From NCBI GenBank assembly GCA_031271205.1, contig JAISWG010000015.1, forward strand, positions 2,858 to 66,857: a DNA stretch of 64,000 bases, written 5' to 3'. The stretch is from Endomicrobium sp. (lineage in GTDB: Bacteria > Elusimicrobiota > Endomicrobiia > Endomicrobiales > Endomicrobiaceae). Positions 42,969 through 53,866 of this stretch are shown piece by piece (position 1 is the stretch's first letter; each line of letters starts with the position of its first letter). The notes under the pieces are model-generated. The model had not been told where the DNA came from. It saw only the letters and a program-made list of their open reading frames with translations, and searched no databases. The position numbers and the translations under genes are program-made.

Positions 42969-43811
42969 ATGGTTAAAAATTACAATAAAAAAAAGTATTT
43001 TATTTTAATAATTTTATTGTTATGTGTATTTTTTGTATATGCTAAAGAATATACGTGCATAGTTTCACTTGCTCCTTCAGTTACAAAAAGTCTTTATGAA
43101 TTGGGAGCAGAATCTTGCGTTAAGGGTATAACTGTTTTTTGTCCCAAAGGATCTATAAGAAAAGAAATTGTGGGGACACTTTTAGATCCTAATATAGAAA
43201 AAATAGCTTATATAAAGCCTGACTTAGTTATAGCTTCTAAAGATGGAAACAGCAGAGCAATTGTTGATAAGCTATGTCGGCTAGGATTCGAAGTATATGT
43301 AATGGAAAAGTCTGAAAATTTTAAAGATATATGTTCTAATTATTACGATTTAGCTGAAAAAATTAATAAATTAAAAAAAGCTAGCAATACAATAAATAAA
43401 GCGAAAGTTTATGTTGATAAGCTACATAATAAGTTAAACAAAAACGGTTCTTTAAGAGTGTTTTGGGAAATTGGCAATAATCCTTTATACACAGTAGGTG
43501 GCAAAAGTTTTGCCAATGACTATAATATTTATAGCAATACAATAAATATCTATAATGGTATAAATAAAAATTATTTCCAAGTTTTTAGAGAAGATGTTAT
43601 GAAGTATAATCCAGATATTATATTATTGGTAAATTTAGGAAATATGTCCAAAGAAGAATTATCCTTTTGGTGCAAATATAAAACGCTAGATGCTGTTCAA
43701 AATAATAGGATCTTTATAATTGATTTAGAAGATATGTTTGTTCCTACACCTTTAACATTTGCTGAAAACTTATCATTTTTAGCAAAAATTGTATATGGAG
43801 ATTGTTCTTAA
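42969..43811 (+). CDS. Periplasmic binding protein, BtuF/FepB-type (cobalamin or Fe-complex)
   Basis: Signal peptide, IVSLAPSVT, PNIEKI..KPDLVI, NPDIILL, AVQNNRIF. Confidence 0.85.
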   Translation: MVKNYNKKKYFILIILLLCVFFVYAKEYTCIVSLAPSVTKSLYELGAESCVKGITVFCPKGSIRKEIVGTLLDPNIEKIAYIKPDLVIASKDGNSRAIVDKLCRLGFEVYVMEKSENFKDICSNYYDLAEKINKLKKASNTINKAKVYVDKLHNKLNKNGSLRVFWEIGNNPLYTVGGKSFANDYNIYSNTINIYNGINKNYFQVFREDVMKYNPDIILLVNLGNMSKEELSFWCKYKTLDAVQNNRIFIIDLEDMFVPTPLTFAENLSFLAKIVYGDCS

Positions 43812-44828
43812 ATGTTAAAAATATTAAATAGGAAAATAATCTTTATTTATGTATTAATACTGATATTGCTGTTTCTATTATTCTTCTTTTCTTTAACATA
43901 TGACTTAAGTGGTGGCATATCTTTGCTTGATGCATTAAGAGCGCTTTTTAATGTTGGAGATGAAAACATAATAACAATAATTAAATCTATACGTCTTAAA
44001 AGAATAATAATGATTTGTGTTACTGGAGCAGCTCTTGGTGGAAGCGGTTGTGTTTTTCAGGCAATACTTAAAAATCCTTTAGCAGATTCTTTTACTTTAG
44101 GTATTTCCGGAGGAGCAGCTTTAGGAGCAGCTTTAGTTTTTATTTCAGGGTTTGCGGAAGTTGCAGGTTTTTTTGTGCCATTGTTTGCTTTTGCCGGAGC
44201 TGCGATTTCAGTTTTTACAGTATATATATTTGGATTTAAAATGAAATTTGATTCAAATGTTATGATTTTATCTGGTGTTATTGTAAGTTATACATTTTCT
44301 TCACTTGTAATGCTTATATTTGCTTTGTCTCAACCTACAGGTGTCCAACAATCATTTGTGTGGCTTACAGGTAATTTTTCAACATTTGATGAAAGACTTA
44401 TGCCGTTTGTTGTAACTATTGTAATTGTTGGATTGGCAATATTATCTTTATCTGGTAGTATTATTGACGTAATATCTTTAGGATATGAAAAATCTGAGAC
44501 TTTAGGAAACAATATTGAAAAGAATATAAAAATTATATTTTTAATAACTTCTTTAATTATTGCTTCTGTTGTATCGGTTTGTGGAATAATTGGTTTTGTT
44601 GGTTTAATGGTTCCTCATATTATGAGAAATTTTGTTGGAACAAGATCAATGTTTTTGATACCCGCATCGGTTTTTGGCGGAGCACTTTTTTTGTTGCTTT
44701 GCGATACCTTAAGTAAAATTGTATTCGCACCTGTCGTAATACCTCCAGGAGTTATTACGAGTGTTTTTGGCGGAGTTTTTTTTGTTTTTTTACTATTAAG
44801 AAAAAAGAGCAGTATATGGTACAAATAA
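43812..44828 (+). CDS. ABC permease, FecCD/BtuC family
   Basis: FQAILKNPLA...LGISGGA, WLTG, GIIGFVGLMVPH. Confidence 0.92.
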   Translation: MLKILNRKIIFIYVLILILLFLLFFFSLTYDLSGGISLLDALRALFNVGDENIITIIKSIRLKRIIMICVTGAALGGSGCVFQAILKNPLADSFTLGISGGAALGAALVFISGFAEVAGFFVPLFAFAGAAISVFTVYIFGFKMKFDSNVMILSGVIVSYTFSSLVMLIFALSQPTGVQQSFVWLTGNFSTFDERLMPFVVTIVIVGLAILSLSGSIIDVISLGYEKSETLGNNIEKNIKIIFLITSLIIASVVSVCGIIGFVGLMVPHIMRNFVGTRSMFLIPASVFGGALFLLLCDTLSKIVFAPVVIPPGVITSVFGGVFFVFLLLRKKSSIWYK

Positions 44829-45601
44829 AAAATATTTATGCAGGATATTTTGATCGTGAAGTTTTGAAAAATATTTCTTTTGATGTGAAGCAGAAAGATT
44901 TTTTTGGAATAATAGGCAAAAATGGTGCTGGAAAAAGTACTTTGTTAAAAATTTTCAGCAATTTATTGAAATCTTATAAAGGAGACATATTTATAGATAA
45001 TAAAAATTTAGCTTCTTTTAAATCAAGAGAACTTGCAAAGAGACTATCATTTTTACCTCAACATTCTGACATGAGTTTGCCTTTTAGTGTGTTTGAGTTT
45101 ATTATGTTTGCTAGATTTCCTTATATGAATATGTTTAAATTTCCATCAAAAAACGATTATAAAGCTGTAGAGAAAGCCATAGATTTTTTGGACATATCTA
45201 ATTTGTCAGAAAGAAAAGTAATAGAATTGTCTGGAGGAGAAAAACAGAAAGTTTTAATAGCCCAAGTTTTGGCTCAGGAAACTGATATAATAGTTTTTGA
45301 CGAGCCTACATCGCATTTAGATATAGGAAGTCAAAACAATATATTGAAATTGTTTGTTAATTTAAACGAAAAACATAATAAAACTATAATACTTACGCTC
45401 CATGACTTAAATGCTGCTGGTGAGTTTTGCAATAAGCTGTTACTTTTGGAAAATGGTTTTGTATGTCGGTGTGGAACTCCTAAAGAAGTATTAAATTACA
45501 AAGATATAGAAAGAGTTTATAACACCAGCGTTGTAGTAAAAATAAATCCAATTTCTAACAAACCTTATGTTATTCCTGTAAGTAAAAAGTTAAAAATTTA
45601 A
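44816..45601 (+). CDS. ABC ATPase, FecE/BtuD family
   Basis: GKNGAGKST, LSGGEKQK, DEPTSHLD, LHDLN. Confidence 0.93.
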   Translation: MVQIKNIYAGYFDREVLKNISFDVKQKDFFGIIGKNGAGKSTLLKIFSNLLKSYKGDIFIDNKNLASFKSRELAKRLSFLPQHSDMSLPFSVFEFIMFARFPYMNMFKFPSKNDYKAVEKAIDFLDISNLSERKVIELSGGEKQKVLIAQVLAQETDIIVFDEPTSHLDIGSQNNILKLFVNLNEKHNKTIILTLHDLNAAGEFCNKLLLLENGFVCRCGTPKEVLNYKDIERVYNTSVVVKINPISNKPYVIPVSKKLKI

Positions 45602-46525
45602 AAGTGTTCTTATAAATCTGATCCAAAAGTACTTTTAGAGTTTTTAAGCGGTATTGTGAATATATATTCTTTATGGCTATAAAACATGTTTTTTTGTTTT
45701 ATTCCGTCTTTTCAATAACTTTCATAAACGATATAGTATTTATTGTTTATATAGATCATTTGATATAAATATGATAAATGTTTCTAAAAATCTTTTAAGC
45801 TATCGCTACTGAGGTGTAGTTACAATTTTTGTGCAGTTTCTTTAGCTGTTTTACCACTGCTTTGGCCTTTTTTTTGATTTTCAGTGTGTTTTTTGTTGTT
45901 TTTTTTTGAGTTTTAGTTAGTCTTTTCTTGAACTGTTTTGGATAAAAATATTCTTTCGTTCAATAAAAATTCTATCTCCATTGTGTGTTAAAATTTGCTG
46001 TTTTTATTGTTACGTTACCACTTTTTTCTATTTGTGTATTTCTCCCGCCATTTAATACTGTTTTCTAACCATAGTTTTTGAAAAATAAGAAATATATTAT
46101 GCTTATTAATGTGGTTTTATATACTTTTTAAATAGGTTTTTCCAATGTGTCTCACACATAATTTCTTGTATTAGTAAACTTTATGTGCAAGGCTTTACAA
46201 CTACTTGATTTTTGCTTTATTGTCATTTTGCTTGCAGATAAAAAAGGCATCTTTGTTAAACTATGAAAACGATAACAATATACCGTTGATTAAAACTAAT
46301 AGACTTATTATTTTGGTTGAATTTAACTCTTTTTATATAACTATTAATTGAACTAAAATTTTTATCTCAACAAAAAATAACAAAAGCGATTTTTTAAAAA
46401 TCTCTTCATTGATTTTCTTTTTTTTCTCTTATATCTGAATACATCTTCTCTATTTCATATTTTTTTTATTTTTATTTTTTGTTAAAAATTTTATTTCTAT
46501 TCTTTAAACTTTTTTCTATTATCTT

Positions 46526-48655
46526 CTATATTTTCTTTGCGTACTTGCTAAATAGTGTGATTACTGTATATGCTGAAAAAGCTCCTATTAATGCTCCTAT
46601 AAGAACATCTAAAGGAAAATGATTTCCTGAATAAACTCTATAAAACCCTGAAGAAAAAGCAAATAGCACGTATAAATACCGATACTTTTTAACCATTATA
46701 AACATAAAAGTGCACAAAGAAAATGCAAGTTCTGTATGTCCTGAAGGGAAAGAAAGCGTATATAACTTTTCAAAGAGTATATTTGTATTTTCTCCAAATA
46801 TTTCTAAAGGACGAGATCTTTCAAAATAATGTTTTAAAAAATGGACCATCACGGCTCCTATTGCTATTATACTTGCCATTTGGGTGAGTTTTGCCCAAAA
46901 ATGTTTTTTTTCATTTTTCCATAGAATAAATATACATATTGTAAGTACTATAAAAAAACTTAAGTTAAAATTTTTGGCGTCACAATATGAAACAGGCATT
47001 GCAAAAAAATCTAAAAATTTAGACTTTAAGTTTGAGTTTATAAATTTAAAAACAAAGTGATCAAATTTCAAAAGTTCTTGTATGATGTCTTTTTTTGTTT
47101 GCAAATTTATAGCGGTGTAAGATTGTGGAAGTTTATATGGATTAAAAGACTTGCAAAATATAAAATAAAAATTTTTAATTTTTTTGCCATTTCTGTACAC
47201 CGGGAACTCTTCAATTTCTGTATATGATGAGAATACATTTGTTCCGTATTTATTTTTGGGTTCTGAAAAGAAGTAATCATTGCATATGTATAATCCATTT
47301 TTATTTTTTATTTTTTTTAAGTCTCGTTGCCAAAAGTCGTAAGCATTTATTTTGTTACTTATACAGAATACTCTAAGCTCAGGAACACATGCTGAAAGTT
47401 CACTTGCCAAATAACTTTTATATGTAAATATAAAAGGTTTTTCTTCTTTTGAATAAGAGTTTAATATTCGTCTTATTTCGTTTCCTACTTCCTTCCAACC
47501 GTAAACTTCATTTGTTAGATCGATTCTCTCGCTTTCTGATATACCGTGTTTTATTTTTTCAAGTTTATCTTTTGACATGAATTTTTCAATCGGAATAATT
47601 CCATACAGAGCATGTAGAGGAACTATGATAATCATAAACAAAGCTAAACCCCAAGATGCATAAGAATAAAATTTGAACCATTTTGCATGCCAAAATTTTA
47701 ATGTTAAATGAGCTGCATATATTGATAAGACTAAATATCCCATGGCAGGCCAGTGAGGAAGCACCTCATTAAATGTTGCTATTGTATTAAAAAAGAGTAA
47801 AACGGGTAGCGAGAAACAAGAAATAATAAGAGTTGTTTTATCTTTTTTTTTATAAGTTTCTTTAACACATAAGAATGCGATGAATATAAACATTAAAAAT
47901 AGCAAAGGGGAAATATATCCAGCCTGTGCTACTATGAACCTGCCGAAAAGTGTTAAGGAAAATTTAGGTAAAGAATGCCCAAACCCGTGGTTTAATTGAA
48001 ATCCGAAGGATGCCCAGCTATTTTCTATATTCCATATTATAACAGGCAGAAAAATTACAGCAGACAGAATAAGTCCAAAATATGGTTCTTTATTTTTAAA
48101 CCAAAATCTGTGTTGTGGTGAAAAAATAAGAAATAAAAACACTGAAAAAGGTATCAAAACACCGTTATATTTGGAAAGCATTGCAAATCCTATCGTAACG
48201 CCCAGTAAGTACCAATATTTTTTATTATTTGTTTCAATTATTATGATAAATATAAGGAGCGATAGAAGCCAAAATAAAGCAAGTGGAGAATCTGGAACGG
48301 CTATTACAGAACCCAAAAAAGAAAATACAGGAAGAACGTTTAATAGCAATACACCAACAAAGGCCGTTCTCTCATTGTAAAGTTTTTTAACGCATATAAA
48401 AAATATCCAAATTGCAAAAAAGAAAATTAAGACTATGGGAAATCTTACTGCAAATTCAGTGTTATTAAAAATTAATGTTGATACTTTAATTATGTAGCCA
48501 ATTAATGGGGGGTGATCAAAATACGAAAAGTCCAGAAATTTAGAATATACCCAGTAATGAGCTTCATCTATAGTTAGCCCTATTTTGTCTATTATTAACA
48601 ATCGTAATAGTGTTGTAGCAACATTTATAATCCAAAACCATAATCTATAACTCAT
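46526..48655 (-). CDS. ArnT/PMT-like (GT-C) glycosyltransferase fused to a C-terminal PAP2 phosphatase
   Basis: N-terminal DEAHYW, YFDHPP, PDSP, LSKY. C-terminal PAP2 motifs KHYFERSRP, FPSGH, RVYSGNHFPLD. Confidence 0.85.
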   Translation of the reverse strand: MSYRLWFWIINVATTLLRLLIIDKIGLTIDEAHYWVYSKFLDFSYFDHPPLIGYIIKVSTLIFNNTEFAVRFPIVLIFFFAIWIFFICVKKLYNERTAFVGVLLLNVLPVFSFLGSVIAVPDSPLALFWLLSLLIFIIIIETNNKKYWYLLGVTIGFAMLSKYNGVLIPFSVFLFLIFSPQHRFWFKNKEPYFGLILSAVIFLPVIIWNIENSWASFGFQLNHGFGHSLPKFSLTLFGRFIVAQAGYISPLLFLMFIFIAFLCVKETYKKKDKTTLIISCFSLPVLLFFNTIATFNEVLPHWPAMGYLVLSIYAAHLTLKFWHAKWFKFYSYASWGLALFMIIIVPLHALYGIIPIEKFMSKDKLEKIKHGISESERIDLTNEVYGWKEVGNEIRRILNSYSKEEKPFIFTYKSYLASELSACVPELRVFCISNKINAYDFWQRDLKKIKNKNGLYICNDYFFSEPKNKYGTNVFSSYTEIEEFPVYRNGKKIKNFYFIFCKSFNPYKLPQSYTAINLQTKKDIIQELLKFDHFVFKFINSNLKSKFLDFFAMPVSYCDAKNFNLSFFIVLTICIFILWKNEKKHFWAKLTQMASIIAIGAVMVHFLKHYFERSRPLEIFGENTNILFEKLYTLSFPSGHTELAFSLCTFMFIMVKKYRYLYVLFAFSSGFYRVYSGNHFPLDVLIGALIGAFSAYTVITLFSKYAKKI

Positions 48656-49354
48656 TTATTTTCCTGTTAATTTAAGTTTTAAAACTTTGAATAAGTACAT
48701 TATTAAAGCTCCTAGTCTAAGTTTTGATTTACCTGAAAATCTGGCAAGAAATATTATTGGATATTCTTTGACTTTTAAATTATTTTTTTTAATTTTGTAT
48801 AGAACTTCAGTGACTATGAAAGGATCGTTTGCCGTTAACTCTGCAGCGAATTTAGTTAAAGCCTCTTTTTTAAACATTCTATAACCAGATGTAGGATCTT
48901 GTATTTTAACTCCCAATATAAAAGATAAATACCATCTTGAAAAATTGCTTACTATTTGCCTAACTATTGATCTTTCTTCATCTTTTCCGCCATTAATATA
49001 GCGTGATCCTATAACTACATCACAATTTTTTATTGTCTTTAAAAATTCTGGGATATATTTAGGAGAATGAGAGCCATCTCCATCCATTTCAATTATATAG
49101 TCAGCTTTCATATCAAGAGCTTTTAAGAATCCGGCTTTTCCTGCATATCCACGACCTTTCCTTTCATTTCTTAATAGAAGATGTACTTTGTTATTTGTTT
49201 TTGATATTTCTTCAACTATTTTGTACGTTTCATCGGGAGACATATCATCTACAATTAAAATATCTGCACTTGTTCCACAATTTAGAATTTCATCAATCAC
49301 CAGTTTTATATTTGAAACTTCGTTATATGTTGGCACTATTACGACAGTTTTCAT
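48656..49354 (-). CDS. Polyprenol-phosphate sugar synthase (DPM1-like GT2)
   Basis: VPTYNE, VDDMSPDET, EMDGDGSH, IGSRY, DPTSGYR, R..GKSK. Confidence 0.9.
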   Translation of the reverse strand: MKTVVIVPTYNEVSNIKLVIDEILNCGTSADILIVDDMSPDETYKIVEEISKTNNKVHLLLRNERKGRGYAGKAGFLKALDMKADYIIEMDGDGSHSPKYIPEFLKTIKNCDVVIGSRYINGGKDEERSIVRQIVSNFSRWYLSFILGVKIQDPTSGYRMFKKEALTKFAAELTANDPFIVTEVLYKIKKNNLKVKEYPIIFLARFSGKSKLRLGALIMYLFKVLKLKLTGK

Positions 49355-49399
49355 AAAAACCTCTCTATTGATGAGTTGTAAAATATAGATTTATATAAA

Positions 49400-50542
49400 T
49401 TATAAATATTGCTCAATTGCTTTTATAACATCTTTTGTTGCGATTGATTCCATACAGTTATCAATTAAATCGCATTCCTGTTTATAACAGACTACACATT
49501 TTTTATTAGATTGTATTTTTACGCCTTTGGAGTATATTTCTATTTCATTGACTGAAGTTGGACCAAAAAGAGCTACAACATTTTTTTTAAGTCCGGCGGC
49601 AGCATGTAAAGCCATAGTGTCCCCGCACAAAACTACGTCGCATAGATTTATTTTTGCAAAGAAATCTGGAATACTATTGCCAATTCCTGTTGATATAATA
49701 TTTGGCATATTTTCTTTTAAAATTAAGTCAATTTCGTTTTTATCATGAGTACCGCCTAGCAATAAAATGAAATATTTTTTTTGCGAAAAATATTTTGCAG
49801 TTTCAATAAATTTTTTTAATGTCCATTTTTTAAATTTCCACCTATTGCTTGACCCGGGGTTTATTCCTATAATTTTTTTATCACGGTTTACATTATTGTC
49901 TTTTAAAAATTTTTCAGCTTTTTCTATCGAATTTTTTTGCAAAGAAATAATTATTTCATAATTGTGTTTTGGTAGTTCGACTATTTTAGACATCCAGTAT
50001 TGATATGTAAAAGTGTTGGCCTTCTTAAGTTTATCATAAGCGCTCGTTTTAAGCCATTCTTTGGCATAATTGTTTGAAGTTATTATGTTTCTGTAATTGT
50101 CTAAAGTAAATCCTAGGACTTTTTTTTTGTTTGAGAGTTTTGTAAGAGATAAACTTTCAAAAGCTAAATCTAAGTTTATGACAATGTCAAAAAATTCTTT
50201 TACAAGATATTTTATGACACTTTTGTCATTACATATTATCTTGTCTATCAAACTATTACCTTCAAGAACAGTGGTGTTTTTTATATCAGTAATCCAAGAT
50301 ATTTTACTTTTAGGGTAAACTTCTTTTAAACCGTTTAAAATAAAAGTAGTTCTCAAAACATCACCTATAGCTCCAAGTTTAATAATTAGAATGCGCTTAT
50401 TATCTTTCTTAACTGAAAGTTTTGAATAATTTTTGCATTTTTTACAAATAAAATTATTATTTTTTTGATAAATACACGGTCTGTCTAACGGAAATTCAGA
50501 ACAGTCTGTGAAAACTTTAAAAGAATCAGTATTTTTTGTCAT
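49400..50542 (-). CDS. GT9 (heptosyltransferase-like) glycosyltransferase with Cys-rich N-terminus
   Basis: IIKLGAIGDVL, GINPG...KKW, DTMALHAAAGL, ALFGPT. Confidence 0.88.
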   Translation of the reverse strand: MTKNTDSFKVFTDCSEFPLDRPCIYQKNNNFICKKCKNYSKLSVKKDNKRILIIKLGAIGDVLRTTFILNGLKEVYPKSKISWITDIKNTTVLEGNSLIDKIICNDKSVIKYLVKEFFDIVINLDLAFESLSLTKLSNKKKVLGFTLDNYRNIITSNNYAKEWLKTSAYDKLKKANTFTYQYWMSKIVELPKHNYEIIISLQKNSIEKAEKFLKDNNVNRDKKIIGINPGSSNRWKFKKWTLKKFIETAKYFSQKKYFILLLGGTHDKNEIDLILKENMPNIISTGIGNSIPDFFAKINLCDVVLCGDTMALHAAAGLKKNVVALFGPTSVNEIEIYSKGVKIQSNKKCVVCYKQECDLIDNCMESIATKDVIKAIEQYL

Positions 50543-50634
50543 AATTTATAAAACTAGCAAATCTTGTCTGGCATTGCAATATTGTGTACAAAGTAGTAAA
50601 ATCATAAACCAATGTTTTATTTGGCTGGAGTTTT

Positions 50635-52065
50635 ATGGATAAATTGTTTTGCAGAAAAAATGCTTTTTTTATTGTCTGTTTTGTTGTTTTGTTTAAAATA
50701 TTTTTATCTGCTTCCATAGAACTTCACCCAGATGAGGCGTATTATTGGCTTTGGTCCCAGCGTTTAGCTCTAGGATATTTTGACCATTCTCCAATGGTGG
50801 CGTGGTTTATAAAAGCAACTACCTTATTTTTCAATTCTGAATTTGCAGTAAGGTTTTCTTCTATAATAGTTACTATAATGCTCAGCTTCTTGATATGGAA
50901 TTTGGCTAAAAAGCTTTTTAATGAAGTTATAGCTGCAGCGTCTGTTATCGTGTTAAATACTTTTCCTGAAATGATGACAGCTTCTATAATAATAACTCCT
51001 GACATACCTGTGTTTTTGTTTTTTTCTTTGAGCGTTTATTATTTGTGGTGTTTGATTGAAAGTAATCAAGTAAAATATTGGTATATAACAGGCTTGTTTT
51101 TTGGCTTAGCTTTATTGTCAAAATATACTGCTATATTGTTTGGATTGAGCCTTTTTGTATACATAATTGCAGACAGAAAGTGGCACTGGTTTAAAAATAA
51201 ACATCTTTATTTTATGTTTATTATCTCTTTCATTGTGTTTTTGCCTGTTATTATTTGGAATTTACAACATGAATGGGCGTCTTTCACATTTCAACTTTAT
51301 CATGGCTTGGTAAGTATAAATAATAAAATTCATTTTAATTATATTTTTGACTATTTTGGTTCACAGTGTCTTGCTGTAGGTCCTGTTATTTTCATTTCTG
51401 GTATTGTTGCGGCAATCAGTTATTTTTACTCAAAGAGCTCAAAAAAAAATTTTATTGTATCTTTTTCTGTACCAATAATAATGTTTTTCCTGTTTACAGC
51501 TTTTAAAAAGAATCCAGAAGCAAATTGGCCAGCCTTTGCTTATTTTGCTTTCAGTATTATGTGTTGTGCTTACTTGCTTGAAAATAACTCAAAAATAAAA
51601 AGAAAAATTTTAGTATATGGAACAGTATTTAATTTTATTATATCTTTTCTTTTGGGTTTGCATGTTAAGTATGCGATTGTCCCTTTGATGTTTTTTTCAC
51701 GTCATGCTGCTGTTACTGATGCTACTAATTGGTTCTATGGTTGGAGGGAGCTAGGAGATAATCTTGTAAAAAGAAACGTTAAATATGTTATAGCAGATAC
51801 TCAGCAATGGGGTGGTGCCATAGCTTATTACACAAAAAATAAATTGCAAGTATTAACGGGACCAGTGCCTGTAAATCAGTTTAAATATTGGGCTATTCCT
51901 GATGATTTGGCTTATTCAAGAGTTGCAATTGTGAATGTAGATAAAAGCATGAAGTGCGATTTTAGTAAAATTAAAAATATGGATATTATAATGGTTTCAA
52001 GAAACGGAATTCCTATTCGTCAATATGCAGTTATTGAAAATAATGGTTATGAAATGAAAAAGTAA
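50635..52065 (+). CDS. ArnT/PMT-like (GT-C) glycosyltransferase
   Basis: DEAYYW, YFDHSP, TPDIP, LSKYT, NWP; multi-TM. Confidence 0.85.
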   Translation: MDKLFCRKNAFFIVCFVVLFKIFLSASIELHPDEAYYWLWSQRLALGYFDHSPMVAWFIKATTLFFNSEFAVRFSSIIVTIMLSFLIWNLAKKLFNEVIAAASVIVLNTFPEMMTASIIITPDIPVFLFFSLSVYYLWCLIESNQVKYWYITGLFFGLALLSKYTAILFGLSLFVYIIADRKWHWFKNKHLYFMFIISFIVFLPVIIWNLQHEWASFTFQLYHGLVSINNKIHFNYIFDYFGSQCLAVGPVIFISGIVAAISYFYSKSSKKNFIVSFSVPIIMFFLFTAFKKNPEANWPAFAYFAFSIMCCAYLLENNSKIKRKILVYGTVFNFIISFLLGLHVKYAIVPLMFFSRHAAVTDATNWFYGWRELGDNLVKRNVKYVIADTQQWGGAIAYYTKNKLQVLTGPVPVNQFKYWAIPDDLAYSRVAIVNVDKSMKCDFSKIKNMDIIMVSRNGIPIRQYAVIENNGYEMKK

Positions 52066-52324
52066 TTGAATTGCAAAAGAAAGATAGATATAAGTAGATC
52101 CATATTTATTATATAAAATATATTGGGAAAATATACGGATATCACATAACTATTTTGAACTGATGAAATAATTGAGTTTTCTAAGTTTTAACAATAAGCT
52201 ATGTTTGTTTCCAAAGTTTCACAAAATGAAGGTTTTAATTTTCATAAATTTATGTAGGTGTAAGGTTTCTATACTCTAAACAAGCAATAAAGTTTTTGAT
52301 AAAATAAACTAACAGGTGATAAAT

Positions 52325-52354
52325 TTGACAAGGATAAATAAAAATATATACAAT
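52325..52354 (+). promoter_or_regulatory. Sigma70-like promoter of tRNA-fMet
   Basis: TTGACA (52325-52330), 18-nt spacer, TACAAT (52349-52354), 9 nt before the tRNA. Confidence 0.55.
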
Positions 52355-52363
52355 CCTTATAGT

Positions 52364-52437
<74 letters not shown>

Positions 52438-52875
52438 TTTGTAAAATTTAAAATTACTATTTGCTGGATTGTATTTTTGTAAAGGTGTTTTTTGGCATGA
52501 CGTGAAGTAATAACTGACGATTAAGAATGTAGTTCTATTAAATTCTAGTAGTTTTATGGGCTGGTGTTGTGTTTTAGTAAAGATAATGCCAAGTATTTTG
52601 CAAAAAAAATGTCGTGAAACAAATTGAGAATATTTTGTACTGTGATAGAAGCGTTTCTTCTTTGAGATTCTCAAAAGCAGCAAAAAAAAGGTATATATTT
52701 TTCAATGACAAATCTATTTAAATTGTTTGTAAACTAAGACCGTTTCTTATATTTTCTAGCGGCACTTGTGCTCTATGCTGTACGTTGAGAATTTGTAAAA
52801 GTGTAAAAATGTATGGTAAAATTGGTGTAAATATGGTTGTAGTTCTTACTATAAGAGTATGTGTAAGGGTATAAA

Positions 52876-53442
52876 ATGATTATAGGGTTGACCGGTTTTT
52901 GTTGTTCTGGGAAAGATACGGTTGCAGACTATATATCTCAAAAGTACGGATACAAACATTTCTCTTTGTCTGATGTTATAAGGGAGATAATAAAAAAAGT
53001 TGGACTCGAACCTGTAAGAGAAAATCTTGTTATATTCGGTACAAAGATTCGCGAAGAGAACGGCAACGGAGTTTTAGCAAGGAAAGTCTTGGAGAAAACA
53101 AGAGATGGCGGCAGGTATTGTATAACTTCAATAAGGCATTCTGAAGAGATAAACGAACTTAAAAAAAGGAAAAATTTTGTATTGATAAATATTGACGCTT
53201 CTCAGGATATTCGTTTTGAAAGAATGCAAAGAAGGAAAAGGCCTGGTGATCCTAAAACATTGAAAAAATTTGTAGAGTTTGAAGAAAGGGAATCTCAGGT
53301 TTCAGGTTCATGGCAGCAGCTTAAAAAAACAGCCAATATGGCGGACATTACTTTTATAAACGACTCCAATGATATAACAATTCTTAAAGCAACTGTAAAC
53401 AATCTTTTAAAAAATTTAGGAATCCCATGTAAATCTAAATGA
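52876..53442 (+). CDS. P-loop NMP-kinase-like protein (dephospho-CoA kinase/UPF0200-like)
   Basis: IIGLTGFCCSGKDT Walker A, SLSDVIRE, SIR...E, RFER...R.RPGDP. Confidence 0.7.
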   Translation: MIIGLTGFCCSGKDTVADYISQKYGYKHFSLSDVIREIIKKVGLEPVRENLVIFGTKIREENGNGVLARKVLEKTRDGGRYCITSIRHSEEINELKKRKNFVLINIDASQDIRFERMQRRKRPGDPKTLKKFVEFEERESQVSGSWQQLKKTANMADITFINDSNDITILKATVNNLLKNLGIPCKSK

Positions 53443-53866
53443 GATGGAAGGTATTTTATTATAAGTAGTAAAGTTCAATGAATGCGCACTTGATGCTTTT
53501 ACAAAAGAAGTTAAAAATTTTTTAAAATGTCTGTTTTGGTGTAAAAAAAAGTAAGAGAATAGGGATTTCACATTTGTAGTTTGTTTCGTAAAAAAATCAA
53601 TAAAATCAAAAAATATTAAATGGATTTTTAATTTCAGGTTTTAATAAATAAAAACCAAGAAAAAGATTCTAAAGAAAATAATTGTAGAAAGCAGTGTTAT
53701 TTGTTGTTGATGAAATAAAGCAAAATAATGGAATCAAAGTTGGTTAATAGTTTGTGTTTTGAGAGAAGTTATAAAGTTATAGATTTATCTATAAGTTGTT
53801 TTTGGTTTGTAGTGGATACTTTAACAGATTATTTTAATATAAAAATTCGATAAGCAGGAAGGATAG

